From the NCBI RefSeq assembly GCF_009914755.1, contig NC_060944.1: a stretch of 64,000 nt of DNA. The stretch is one strand, 5' to 3'. This DNA is from the human T2T-CHM13v2.0 reference genome, Homo sapiens. Made by a program: the position numbers and the translations under genes. Position 1 is the first letter of the stretch; each line of letters opens with the position of its first letter. Shown one piece after another: positions 35,180 to 48,580 of this stretch. Below the pieces are notes generated by a model. It did no database searches and was not told the origin of the DNA. It saw nothing but the letters and a program-made list of their open reading frames with translations.

Positions 35180-35257
35180 ACACACACACACCTATGACAA
35201 ATGTTATAAAGAAGTCCTACACACACACACCTATGACAAATGTTATAAAGAAGTCCT
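35180..35257. repeat. 39-bp tandem duplication adjoining a (TC)n(CA)n microsatellite
   Basis: (AC)nCTATGACAAATGTTATAAAGAAGTCCT twice; CCTATG at 35191 and 35230. Confidence 0.95.
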
Positions 35258-35553
35258 GGACTCAACAGAAGTGTTAAATAAGGGGGATCTGGCCAAGTCA
35301 GGCTTCCTGAGGCAGCAAGAGTTAGGCTGATGCCAGGGATGAAGGGCAGGTGTCAAGGAGGAGTTAGTGTTCCTGACGGGGGCCACAGTGCATTCACACA
35401 GGCCAGAAGGTGAGAAAGTTGCCCCTTCGAGGAGAGAATCAACGTGGCCAGAGCTCAGAGGTAGTCAAGAAAGGTCAAATCAGGGAGTGAAAGCTACCAG
35501 GTCAGTGTTTCTCTAGGCAAGTGAATTGGAAGAAGTAGATATAGAAATCGTTA

Positions 35554-35744
35554 CAGATGGTGCCTGACTTAGAATGATTCAACTTAAATTTTCAACTTCA
35601 TGATGATGTGAAAGTGGTAACAGTAGAACCCGTACTATGATATTTGGTGAGAGAGGTGTATTAAAGGCATTTTCAGCTTGGGATATTTTCAGTGTATGAT
35701 GGGATTGTTAGGACACAGTCCCCTCATAAGTTGAGGAGCATCTG
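35554..35744 (-). mobile_element. MER47-like Tigger MITE, internally deleted
   Basis: Termini TA-CAGATGGTGCCTGACTTA ... TAAGTTGAGGAGCATCTG (inverted); GGTGTATTAAAGGCATTTTC internal. Confidence 0.75.
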
Positions 35745-36556
35745 AACTTCTAAATTGCTTGTGGCCAGCATTTCCATGTGTCGTTTAGACACTCACCATG
35801 CATTAACCCATAGACCAATATGCCATCTGAAGCAAGGACAGGAAAAGGCCTGGCACCTTGTCCAGCAGATCCCCGATTCCAGCTGTGCTCTCTCTACCCC
35901 AGCTCAGGCTCATCCAGTAGGAGCTGAGGATTTAGGAGGGTTTTCTGATCCAGTGGCCAGGCACCTTGGGAAGTGACGTCTCCCAGGGAACCCACATGGA
36001 AGCTGGTAGAGACACAAGCCGTGGGGGTGGAGCCATTGGGAGGACTCTTAGATCAACTTGCCCTGGTCTAGGCAACACCGCAGGGCTATCCCTGGGGGCT
36101 CCTCACACCCCGAGATCAGGCCCATGAATGTTCACAGCACTGCATGAGCTCAGGGCTCCCCATGGCCTTGGACTTGCTACCTGGAGGGCTCCTCTGTAGC
36201 TGCTTCTGCAGATGGAGATCAGCTGCCTCCACAGGGCTCAGCCTGGGCTTGTCTCTGTTCCGCATCAGGAGGGGGGTTCCAAGTGGGACCTTGAGGTCCA
36301 CCTAGCCAGGTCACAGCTCACCCTCTCCTTGGCTCTCAGACTTCTACAGACATCCTGGTGCACATGCTGTCCATAAACATGTGCATAAACATGCACAAAG
36401 TTGTGCTTTTTTAAACCCCAGGGTGGAGATTCTGACCTCTGTCTTGCTTCTAGTGGATGAACATTAAAAGTAGTGAAATAGATCTGGTTTCAAACCCAAG
36501 CGATGATGAGGCTGCCTCAGCAGAAGACGATGAGAATTTAGAAGAGTTGCAAGATC

Positions 36557-36733
36557 CCTTGTGGCTTTCACAGTGCGGCCCCCGACGAGCAGTGGTGACA
36601 GCACCTGTTGGAAATGCAGACCCTCAGGCCCTCTTGCAGAGTGGGGACAGCAGGAACTCGGGTGGGGAGCAGCAGCTTTGTTTTAAGGAGCCCCCAGGGG
36701 ATCCCAATGCCTGTTGAGGTTTAAGAACCACTG
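36557..36733 (+). mobile_element. MER5A (hAT-Charlie MITE)
   Basis: TGTTGGAAATGCAGACCCTCAGGCCC...TGTTTTAAGGAGCCCCCAGGGGAT...GGTTTAAGAACCACTG. Confidence 0.8.
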
Positions 36734-36791
36734 CCCTAGACCACATGTACCAAACTTGGCCCATGATGGATTCCAAGATATGGAATGGATC

Positions 36792-37022
36792 TCCTTTGAA
36801 ACAAACTTTTGTCCTCTAGCCATTTACCTGTAGATTTGGAGTCTATAATGCACCTCAGTGCCCAACTCTACTGTGTGCTTGGTAAGATCATAGCAAGAGT
36901 CCAAGGTAGGTCATCATGGGGGCAGAAATGGTTTCCATGTTGTTTTGGTTCCTAGCTGTCTTTTTTGGTGAATAATCAAATTCTACCAAGAGTCAACATT
37001 TTGCTCCTAATGAGAAACCTAA
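36792..37022 (+). repeat. Dispersed duplicated element, copy B (paralog at 16202-16458)
   Basis: Same ordered blocks as copy A. Confidence 0.92.
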
Positions 37023-38102
37023 GTAAGTACAAAGATGTCTTCTTCGTGGGGCTTGGCTTCTCTTTGTGTTTGCAGATGTCTGTTAGGAGCATTCAAGAAC
37101 ATGGGCGTGGCTGGTCCATCACGGGAGGGACGGGGTGGAAACCTGAGTGGCTCATAGTCAACAAGGGTCAGACGGGTGATGAGTGCTGGGGTATGAGGAG
37201 CAAAGGGGACAGGAGGCGGCACTCACTATCTCCAGAGGACCCAGAAAGGCTTCTGGTTGGAGCTGGGGGGTAATGAGGGTGTGGAGCTGACTCCTGAGGG
37301 TGGGCTCAGTGTGGGGGTCGAGAATGACTGTGAGCCAGGATGCAGCTGGCGAGGGAAGCTGGGTCTGAACCTGCCAGGGCCTGGTGCATTGGTGAGAGAT
37401 GAGCTACTCATTGACGCAGCAGAGTCCAGCACAGCAGAGAGAGGCTCAGAACATTAGTGGGGCTGCAATGGGGCGTGCCTGCATTCCCTTTGGAGAGACA
37501 GTAACCAAGCTCACTGGGGCATGGCCTTTGAGAACGCTCAGATCAACAATCAATAGGATTTGCAGATAGTGTCCCCACCTTGCTCCTGAGATCCAAGGCA
37601 AACTCCACACAGGTGAGCAAGATTGGATTCCACACAGGCTGGGAGTGTTGAGAATGCCCTTTCTAAAGAGGATGCATGTATGAGCTGGGAGATAATTTAA
37701 TGATAGTAAATTACCCAAATGCGGAATTAGACAGGCATGCAGCACCAGAGCCCAAGTTTTGGGGATGTGATAATGGTTTTCAGGCAGCTCATGGCTTCCC
37801 CAGTGGTGGCCGGCCAGCCGCAGTCAGAAGGAGGGTAAGTGTCCTGTGGGAAGAGGTTGTCTCCACTGAAGCACAGTTCTGCTGGAGAAAGGCTGGAGTC
37901 TTTGCAGTCCTCCAGGGCTGAAGACTCAACCCTAAAGAGATGTTCCTGAGTCTCACTTTGAATTCATTCCTAGCAGTTCTCTGCAGTCCTGGGAGGTCAT
38001 TCTAAGACGAGATTTCTGTCTTGGCTTAGAGTCTGGTCAAGGTAGACCCTGTGACTATTTGGGAGATGAACCCAAGAAACATAAGGCGGGAGGCTGGGGA
38101 GG

Positions 38103-38613
38103 TGCCAAGACCAGCTCGGTCGGGGAGACCCTAACCCAGCGGTGCTAGAGGAATTAAAGACACACACACAGAAATATAGAGGTGTGAAGTGGGAAATCAG
38201 GGGTCTCACAGCCTTCAGAGCTGACAGCCCCGAACAGAGATTTACCCACGTATTTATTAACAGCAAGCCAGTCATTAGCATTGTTTCTATAGGTACTAAA
38301 TTAACTAAAAGTACCCCTTATGGGAAACGAAGGGATTGGCCGAATTAAAGGAATATTGGGCTAGTTAACTGCAGCAGGAGCATGTCCTTAAGGCACAGAT
38401 CGCTCATGCAATTGTTTGTGGCTTAAGAATGCCTTCAAGTGGTTTTCCGCCCTGGGTGGGCCAGGTGTTCCTTGCCCTCATTCTGGTAAACCCACAACCT
38501 TCCAGCATGGGCGTTATGGCTGTCATGAACATGTCTCAGTGCTGCAGAGATTTTGTTTATGGCCAGTTTGGGGGCCAGTTTATGGCCAGATTTTGGGGGG
38601 CTTGTTCCCAACA
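38103..38613 (-). mobile_element. MER9 (HERV-K9/HML-3) solo LTR, full length
   Basis: Minus strand begins TGTTGGGAACAAGCCCCCCAAAATCTGGCCATAAACTGGCCCC and ends GAGCTGGTCTTGGCA; 511 bp. Confidence 0.92.
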
Positions 38614-39202
38614 GGAAGAAAAACGGTAAAGGAAGAAAACCATAAAAACAGCATATTAACGGGGTCATAGCCCTGGACAACTGGAGCTTGGGCCCTTTGC
38701 GGACCCTCCAGACACCACACAGAACACATTGCAGGCAACGAGACAGCGGGGCCCATCGACCCCACCCACCCCATTGCTGACAGAGAGCCATGCCGGGACT
38801 ACTCACTCGGGCAGATCCAGTCCACCCAAGCCCTGACTGAGCAAATGTGCAGGTCCTCAGGGAGGAGGGCGTGTGCCAAAGCAGCCACCAGAGCCGTCAC
38901 TTCCCCCAGGCCAGGGTGGGACAGGGCTCCAGAGTGCCTCCGGGGGCTCCCTGAGATCACATTTCCTAACACACCTGAGAGTGTCTTCAGTTAAATGCTC
39001 GCTCTGTGCTAAACACATTCTGGAGCTGAAGCACAGCTGTAAACAAGGCTGACACAAGAGACAGTCAGTAAATAAGTGGACGAATGAGTAAACAGCAGAG
39101 CTCCTGCTAATTATAAGTGAAGCCAATTAAAAAAAAACAATGGAGAAAGTAAGAAAGTGCTCAAATAGTGGTGGGAATGTGATAAAAGAAAACCACAGAA
39201 GC

Positions 39203-39309
39203 CAGCTTGAAGGGGCTCCCACTGACCCAACCTTGAGCAGCTTGAAGGGGCTCCCACTGACCCAACCTTGAGCAGCTTGAAGGGGCTTCCACTGACCCAA
39301 CCTTGAGCA
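39203..39309. repeat. 35-bp tandem triplication inside L1M
   Basis: CAGCTTGAAGGGGCTYCCACTGACCCAACCTTGAG at 39203, 39238, 39273. Confidence 0.95.
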
Positions 39310-39493
39310 TCAGAAACAATGACAGTTATAGATCATAACCTCCAGAATAAACAGGAGCCCCGAGTCCACACTGAAGTAAATAGAGGAGAAAGGAGGAACA
39401 GCACTTTCTTGCGGCAAAATGTCAGCTAATCAATGAGAAGGGAATCATGGAATGAGAAAATCACCATTTGACAAGCATCATAACAATAATTGA

Positions 39494-39899
<406 letters not shown>

Positions 39900-39974
39900 T
39901 CTCCAGACTCTTAATGATTACAACGGGAAAAAATAAATAGTAACTTCCCACTGGAGAAATGGCACGTACCTCCT

Positions 39975-40590
39975 TGCTGTGCTCTGAGTGTTTTATGTTC
40001 CTGTGTTGAAATCCTTACCCCCAAGGTGGGACATTTGGGAAGTGATCCATGAGAGTGGAGCCTCAGGAATGGGATCGGTGCACTTAGAAAAGAGGTTCCA
40101 GAGAGAACCTGCACCCCATCCGCCAGGTGAGGACACAGCAGAAAGGCACCGTCTGTGAACCAGGAAGAAGCCTGCACCAGACACTGAATCTGCAGGCACC
40201 TTGATCTTGGACTTCCCAGCCTCCAAAGCAATGAACAATAAATTGCTGTTGTTTATAAGTCACCCAAGGAATGGTAATTTTTTTTTTTTTGAGACAGAGT
40301 CTTACTGTGTCACCCAGGCTCACTGCAACCTCCACCTCCTGGGTTCAAGTGATTCTCCTGCCTTAGCCTCCCAAGTAGCTGGGATTACAGGCATGTGCCA
40401 CCATGCCAGGCTAATTTTTGTATTTTTAGTAGAGATGGTGTTTCACCATGTTGCCCAGGCTGGTCTTGAACTCCTGGCCTCAAGTGATCTGCCTGCCTTG
40501 GCCTCCCAAAGTGCTGGGATTACAGGCGTGAGCCACTGCAGCCGGCTAGGATGGTATTTTGTTGTAGCAACCCAAAGGTACTAAAACACC
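39975..40590 (+). mobile_element. MLT1A-type solo LTR interrupted by Alu
   Basis: TGTTGAAATCCTTACCCCCAAGGTG...GTGAGGACACAGCAGAAAGGCACC...CTTGATCTTGGACTTCCCAGCCTCCA...AATAAATT; resumes GGTATTTTGTTGTAGCA...ACTAAAACA. Confidence 0.88.
40279..40547 (-). mobile_element. AluS with ~25-bp internal deletion
   Basis: CACCCAGGCT|CACTGCAACC lacks the GGAGTGCAGTGG...TCGGCT segment; TSD AGGAATGGTAATTT/AGGATGGTATTTT. Confidence 0.93.
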
Positions 40591-40800
40591 CCTTAACGAA
40601 GTAATCAAAATTAATATCACTGGTAATTGAACAAATCAGTATCACTGATTGTTGACACAATCCACTGAGAAGGACGCAGCATCATTTTTGTGATATATCC
40701 CTGAAAATCCCGAATCTAATCATGAGAAAACATCAGAGAAACCCAAAGTGAGCAACATTCTGTAGTTCGTAGCCTACTATCGTCAAAAATGCCATTTTCA

Positions 40801-41343
<543 letters not shown>

Positions 41344-42499
41344 TTAGAGATGAACCCAGTGGGGTTCTCAAAATCTACATGAAGGAATTACAGGAATTAT
41401 TTGTCCTCTTCATGCAACTTTCTGTAAATCTAAAATTCTATTAAAATAAAAGTTAAAACCAACCAAAAAAAAAAAAGCAATGTCAAATGGAAAGGGACAG
41501 GGCTCGGGGGCACTTCAGACAGGGGATCACAGAAGACCCCTGCAGAGGCGCCATTTGAGTCACGAAAGAGGAGAAGGTGCCTGGCCACACAAAGATCAGA
41601 GGGAACAGAGTGAAGCGCCCCCAGTGGGGAGGACTTTCCAGAGTCCTGGGGACACAAAGGCTGGCATCCTGGGGACAGCAGAGGTAGGCAGCATGGCCCA
41701 TAGGGCCTTGTAGACCCCGGGATAGGAGCGGGGTTTTATTCTGGTGTTCCAGGACCTGGTGGGAAGGTTTCTGAGCCATGCAGGGCCCCAGCCTGGCCTG
41801 CCAGGGCTGCATCCTGTGTCTACTGCTGGTCAGAGAACTGACTGGGGTTGGGGGAAGGGAGGCCCTGCTTTTAGCCAGGTGGCAGCTGATGGAGGCCTTC
41901 CCCGAGGGTGGGTGGCCCTGGGAAGTTGTGCGTAGGGAGGAGCCAGGTCAAGGAGGGCCCTGTTCTTTCACACTGAGCTCCTGGCTGGCCCTGGGGGTGG
42001 CTGTTGCCTGTGAAGGTAGAGTGCTGGGCTGGACCTCTGCATGCCTTCAAGGAGCTCCCGGCTCTGGGATCCATGCAGAGGAGAGTGGTACAGGTGATGC
42101 ACGGGAGAGGAGCCAGGTGGTCCCTGGGCATGCAGGGGGCTTTGCAACCCCGACCACGGCCTCCTCCCTCAGTCTGTGGCCTCCTCCCTCTCCCCAGTGC
42201 CGCTGAGTGAGTGGTGGTCATTATTCCCACCAAGTCCAGGGGTTTCCTCCTCTATAGACAGGGAGTATCAGTTGCTTCTAAGGATTAAACTGGAAAAGGA
42301 TTCAAGCCAGCACTGCCAGGAAGGGCTTTTGACATGCCTGCATTAAGGGAAGACATATCATTCCAGTGAGCATTTAAATACTGATTACATCTTTTGCTTT
42401 GTAAATAACTCAATGGTAAATTTTTACAATATTGTTTTTACAGAGACTGTAATGAGGAGGCAATTTTTCTCCCCTGTCACTTGGATATTAAGCTTTTTA

Positions 42500-43160
42500 A
42501 TGAGAGTACACAAATGACTATATAAAACTTGGGATGGTGAGAGCTGAGTTGGGACTTAATGCGAAATTAAAGTTGTGCAGGCTCCAGCTCACTGATGAAC
42601 GAGCCTTCTGTCATTGTGAGGAGCGGAATGGTGCCGGCTCTTTGTCCTTTCTCCCTCCCTTTCCCCCGCGCCGTTTGTCCTCCCGAGGAGCCTCAGCGCT
42701 CTGGGCAGGGGTCGCTTGGAGAGGCTTCCTGGGAACGGGGCGGGAGCGCGCAGCCTGGGGGATTTTTTATTTGGGAGCATGCCTACTTTTTAATTGGCCT
42801 TGGTGTTAATGAATGGATTCGTTCTGTTTGGAGCGAGCAGGCTGGGCACTGGAGCGTGTAATCTGATTGCAGCCGGGAGCTCGGAGCCCTGCAGAAGGCT
42901 CTAGAGTGGCAGGGACTGGTTTGGCCCTGGACTGTGCAGTGCTGGCGGTGATGGGGCCAGAAGGGTGGGAAGTGGGGAGAGGTGGGCACCTGCAGGATGG
43001 AGGCCATCAGGGCCATTTGCCCTCTTGCAGCGTCCCCCAGGCAGACCCCCTTCGGGCTCTGAGGCCGGGGTTGGATGAAGGGGACCCTTCCTGGGGCAGC
43101 CCTTGGTGTCCAGTGGACATTGAATACCTCAATACACACGACTTGTCCCCGCAGGTAAGA
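42500..43160 (+). promoter_or_regulatory. Candidate alternative promoter / first exon
   Basis: TATATAAAA ~42519, local CpG cluster with GC box GGGGCGGGAG ~42737, ATTGG ~42793, strong donor CAG|GTAAGA at 43154/43155; no TE recognised. Confidence 0.35.
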
Positions 43161-46100
43161 AGTGTCAGACGCTGCGGACGTGTTTTCACCCTGCCAGCTC
43201 TCAGTGCCATCGGGAAAAGCCTTCAACCAGCCGTCGTATAGGTGGACTGTCTGGTTATTCCCCAGACAGCTCGTTTTTCTTCCTGTGGCTTCTCAGCCTT
43301 TCAGCTCATTCTGCATTTGAACAATCCCTTCCCCAAGACCACCGGGCAGGCCTCTGCTGCGGGCCCCGAGCCCCTACCAAGGCCTGTGTGTGTTACCAGC
43401 TTCGTGGCTGGGTCCCGGCATCTGGAGGACAGAGGCCATGGGGCTCCCGTGGAGACCTCATCACGCACAGAGCAGCCCTGGGCTGGGCCGCATGGAAGGC
43501 GAAGGCTCGAGTCCAGAACGGGCAAGAGTGTGCTGGTGCACATCTTGAAGGCAGATTTTGAATCTGAAATCTTTTCCTGCGGTGATGTAAACCCCCACCC
43601 TCACCATCCGTCCCTCGCCCCTGGCCAAGTGTTTGTGACTGTCATTTGGGCTCCTTGTACCAAGCCCAGTCTTGTGGAGATGACCCAGAGTAATGTTTAA
43701 TGAGGTCACGGGCAGGCCGCTTGTGTTTGTAAACACGTGCACATTCCAGGCTTACAGGGCTCTGAATTTGCTTCTGTGTTTGGATTCCATACTTTTGCTC
43801 CACATTTGTCACCCAGGTCTCTCCCTCCTGGGATAGAGAGAAGCCGTTCTCTGCCGGGTGTTTTGGCCCCTAAGTGAAGCGTGTGACCTGTGTGGATGCC
43901 CCATCTACCCCTGAAAGCCAAACTCCATGTCTTCCTGATGGCCCAGCCGTTGTCTGTGGCTTGGCTCCTGTGGGGAAGTCACACAGAGGTGACCTGGCCC
44001 ATGGGTCTGTCCCATGCAGGCACAGAGGCAGCCGCAATGGGACCAGGCACCCAGCCCTCCTGCCCAGTGTTTACATCAGAAGGAAACAGCGTGCTCACGT
44101 GTCTACCCGCACACGCTTCGCCTCCTTCTCCGTGCAGCACCGCCCTGCTGAGCAGCTGTACTGTGGACTCTTCTGCCTGCAGGTCCCCATGGCTCTATTT
44201 GCAGACCCACCTCAGGGGCCTGACACAGACTAAGCAGCACAGATTCATATTTCAGTAAAGGGTGACATCCAGGAAAAGCTGGAGCCCTGCCGGACCTCTG
44301 GATTGCTCCTGGGTCACCCCAAAGCTGTGGTGGACTTGGGTGGCTGCAAAGATCTTGGTCCCCCTGGCATGGCTCCAGTTCTCGGTTACCCTGACGTCCC
44401 CTGAGATCCAGACCTGGAGCCAACCCTCCCCCAACCCCCACCCACGTGCCAGCCGGGTCTCAGTTTTGCCACAGATGAGGAGCAAAGCCTCCCAGGTTTC
44501 TGCCCACATAGGAGGGATGGCCGACTCCTAGTAGCAGGACACACTTACCAAGCTAGACTATTTCTTTCCACACCTACAGGGAAGGCTAAAAAGCATCCTG
44601 GAGGTTTCCGGGAATGAGATTCAAAGGGCGGAGGCCTCAGCAGCAGGCGTGGACACGCAACCCCAGCCCCGTGCCCTCCGCGTCCTTGCATGCATTTCAC
44701 ACGATACTTCAGATTTTTTTTTCATTTAGATGTTAACGCTTTTATAAAAAGTACTTTTCATAAAAATCCTGATTCCTGGCTAATTTTCTAGACAGTTGGA
44801 GGATTTGGCTTCCAGAGCCCACATTGCTGCAATGCCCCATGGCTGGCTTAGGGCAGCAGCTGTCCCTTAACTGGGCACGTCCTCTGTGTGGCCGACACTC
44901 CCGCCCCCGTCTCAACACCCAGGTGTGTGTCCTGCCGGCCCCGTAGCCTGGAACAACACCCTGTGTCCTGTGCCCTGGGCCGTCAGCACTAGGCAGCTCC
45001 TCTCGGTGAGGGCTGAGGGCATTGGGGCCCAGCATAGGCCCCAGCTCAGGGGAGAGCCAGGGATCCCGAGCAGGAGGGCTTGCACCCGTTGAATGAAATG
45101 GGCTATGCCCTTTAGCCACTTGTTCTGCATTGTTGGAAGCTGATTCAAAGACCCTTTTATTGTTCTAAAAACAGCAATGATATTCTTTGTTCTTTGAAGA
45201 TAATGTGCTGGATGTTCTCCCATTACATTTCTCATAATGAATGTCGTCCTGGGGCTCGCAGGACCATTTGGACTTAATGGAGAAAAAGCAGCAGACAAAG
45301 CTGTAGCAATTCCTTGCTGCATCCACCCTCCCAGCAAAACGGGATTAGAACCTGGGGAATATGCGTTCCGATGACCAGACTTACACCTGAATTGCCAGGT
45401 GACCTTGGGCTGATTGTGTGGGATATTTGGGGCTGTTTTGTCCACTGAGGAATCACAGTAATGTGCCTTCCCCTCTGGGTGCCATGCGGGTTGGCTGTTG
45501 AATGGGTTGGAAAGTGATTTGAACACATCGAGGGCAACATAAATGCTAAGTGTGATTTCTAAAATGCACAGCAGCTTGAAGAAGTAGACATATGTGGGTG
45601 ACTGTATAAACTCTGAGGACTCAGTCACATTAAACATATGGATACACCTGTTCTCTTCAGAAAGTGATGGGGATGGGGCAGGTGTGGAACTCGTGGGGCA
45701 GTGGTGTTCTCTAGAGGTGGGGTGTGGCTGGCAGTGCGCACGGCGGGCGTGGAGGGTTTAGCGATACAGAGCCCGCGGGGCTCCTGCGTGATGGTGACAG
45801 AGCATGGACCCCAAGTTTTTAAACATCTATCAAGCACTGTCACAAAGCTGGCACTGAGCTTGGGGCTTGTAGGTTGGCAGTAGCACCTATAGGTTGGCAG
45901 TAGCTCCCTGAGGAGCTCGCTGTCTGAAAGGGGAGAAGCATGTGGAAAAGTTGAGTTCTGTGCAGCGTGACGTGGAGGAGATGCGTGAAGCTGGACCAGG
46001 GGCCGTCCCCATGCACAGGACTCAGGGAAGGCTTCACAGAGAAGGTGATGACTGGAGGAAAGGTGCAGTTTGAGGGTGACTAGGGCACCCCATCTTGGCA

Positions 46101-46194
46101 GCGTGACATGTCGTGGCATCCCCTGGGAGTTACCTGGGAGTCCTGAGAGGGTCTGGGAGGGGCAACTCTGCTTGCAGACTGCCCGATCTCGGGT

Positions 46195-47020
46195 CCTGGT
46201 GCTCCACTCACTTTCCCTGTGGCCTCGGGCAAGTTATTTAAGGTACCTGGACAACAGTTTCCTCAGCTGTGAGATGGGATGACGGTAGTACCGATCTCAC
46301 ACAGTTGTCACAGGTGTAAACCAAAAATAAAGTTCTAAGCACCCCCCAACCATCTGAACGGACTCTCTCCTAGGCCAGGGCTCTCTAGAATTTAACCTGA
46401 AAGATCGGTTTGGGCCTTGAGTGGAGTTCGGACATGCCTCCAGGGCTCTCTAGAATTTAACCTGAAAGATCAGTTCAGGCCATGATGGGAAGTGGGGGTC
46501 CGACATGCCTCATGATACCTCTCTGGCATTAACATCAACACAGTCCTCAAGTCTGATAAGAAACAGTTGCGACCTATTTCTTGGGAAGCGTGCCGCCTGG
46601 AGGCTGCATCTGCATTATACAGCTTCGGTCTCCACGACCTCCTATTGCAACCCAGACATTCCTTTCTATTGATAACTCTTCCAACCAATTGCCAATTAGA
46701 AAATGTTTAAATCTACCTATAACCCGGAAGCACTTGAATCCTTCAAGTCATGCCACATTTCTGGACCAAACTAATGTCTTTCTTCAAGGTATTTGATTGT
46801 AGCCTCATGTCTCCCTAAAACCTATAAAACCAAGCTGCACCCCAACCACATGTTTGGGCACATGTTCTCATGATCTCCTGAGGGCTGTGTCACAGGCCAG
46901 GGTCACTCATATTTGGCTCAGAAATCTCTTCAGATATTTTACAGAGTTTGACTCTTTTTGTCAACATAGGAGTGATGCTTAGAAAAGTTCATGGTACCTA
47001 CTAAGTGCTTGGTAATGTTG
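46195..47020 (+). mobile_element. MIR split by the MER4 LTR
   Basis: TGTGGCCTCGGGCAAGTTATTTAA...CAGTTTCCTCAGCTGTGAGATGGGATGA before the LTR; TGGTACCTACTAAGTGCTTGGTAATGTTGG after it. Confidence 0.75.
46315..46966 (+). mobile_element. MER4-family (ERV1) solo LTR with internal ~65-bp duplication
   Basis: Begins TGTAAACCAAAAATAAAGTTCTAAGC, ends GAGTTTGACTCTTTTTGTCAACA; 4-bp TSD CAGG/TAGG. Confidence 0.88.
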
Positions 47021-48580
47021 GGTGATGGTAGCAGTGCTGATGGAGGTGATGGTGGTGACAGTGGGGAGGTGGTGATGAATGTGGTGGCCATGCTGATTGT
47101 GATGGTTGGATTGTGGTGATCATGGTGATCATGGTGGAGGTGTTGGTGATGGTGCTGGTGGTGGTCTTGGTGGTGGTAGTCATAGCACTGGTAGTGATGG
47201 TGTGGTTTATTGATGGCAGTGTGATTGTCTTGGTGGTGGTGATGATGGTGTGGTTTGTTGATGGTAGTGTGATGGTCTTGGTGGTGGTGATGATGGTGGC
47301 GCTGGTGGTGGTCATAGCACTGGTGGTGGTCATAGCACTGGTGGTGATGGTATGGTTTGTTGATGGTAGTGTGATGATCTTGGTGGTGGTGATGGTGTGG
47401 TTTGTTGATGGTAGTGTGATGGTCTTGGTGGTGGTGATGGTGTAGTTTGTTGATGGTAGTGTGATGGTCTTGGTGGTGGTGATGATGGTGGTGCTGGTGG
47501 TGGTCATAGCACTGGTGGTGATGCTATGGTTTGTTGATGGTAGTGTGATGGTCTTGGTGGTGGTGATGGTGTGGTTTGTTGATGGTAGTGTGATGCTCTT
47601 GGTGCTGGTGGTGGTGATGGTGTGGTTTGTTGATGGTAGTGTGATGGTCTTGGTGCTGGTGATGATGGTGGTGCTGGTGGTGGTCATAGCACTGGTGGTG
47701 ATGGTATGGTTTGTTGATGGTAGTGTGATGGTCTTGGTGCTGGTGGTGATGATAGTGGGGTTTATTGATGGTAGTGTGATGGTCTTGGTGGTGCTGATAA
47801 TGGTGTGGTTTGTTGATGATAGTGTGATGGTCTTGGTGGTGGTGGCGTGGTTTGTTGATGGTAGTGTGATGGTCTTGGTGCTGGTGGTATGGTTTGTTGA
47901 TGGTAGTGTGATGGTCTTGGTGCTGGTGGTGGTGGTGATGATGTAGTTTGTTGATGGTAGCGTGATGTTCTTGGTGCTGGTGGTGGTGATGATGTGGTTT
48001 GTTGATGGTAGTGTGATGGTCTTGGTGGTGGTGGTGGTGGTGATAGTGTGGTTTGTTGATGGTAGTGTGATGGTCTTGATGCTGGTGATGGTATTGGTGA
48101 TGGTGTGGTTTGTTGATGGTAGTGTGATGGTCTTCGTGGTGGTGGTGTGGTTTGTCGATGGTAGTGTGGTGGTCTTGGTGCTGGTGGTTGTCGTGTGGTT
48201 TGTTGATGGTAGTGTGATGGTCTTGGTGCTGGTGGTGGTGATGTGGTTTGTTGATGATAGTGTGATGGTCTTGGTGGTGGTAGTGATGGTGTGGTTTGCT
48301 GATGGTAGTGTGATGGTCTTGGTGGTGGTGATACTGTGGTTTGTGGATGGTAGTGTGATGGTCTTGGTGGTGATGGTGTGGTTTGTTGATGGTAGTGTGA
48401 TGGTCTTGGTGCTGGTGGTGATGGTGGAGTGGTGGTGGTGATGAAGGTGGTACTGGTGGCAAATGTGCTCAAGATGGTGATGGTGTTGCTGATGTTGGTG
48501 ATTGTGTGGGTGTGGTGGTGGTGCCAATGCCAGTGGTGGCATTTTTGCATTGATAGTGGTAGTAGTGGTGGTGATGTGCT
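47020..48580. repeat. Triplet-based higher-order repeat: core GTGTGGTTTGTTGATGGTAGTGTGATGGTCTTG + variable (GTG/ATG/CTG)n, >20 units
   Basis: Direct reading. Confidence 0.96.

Noticed and set aside
36457-36717. Acidic ORF MNIKSSEIDLVSNPSDDEAASAEDDENLEE
   Set aside because: Short, runs into MER5A, no recognisable homology
44912-45637. 241-aa non-repetitive minus-strand ORF
   Set aside because: No recognisable domain or exon structure; within chance expectation for 64 kb
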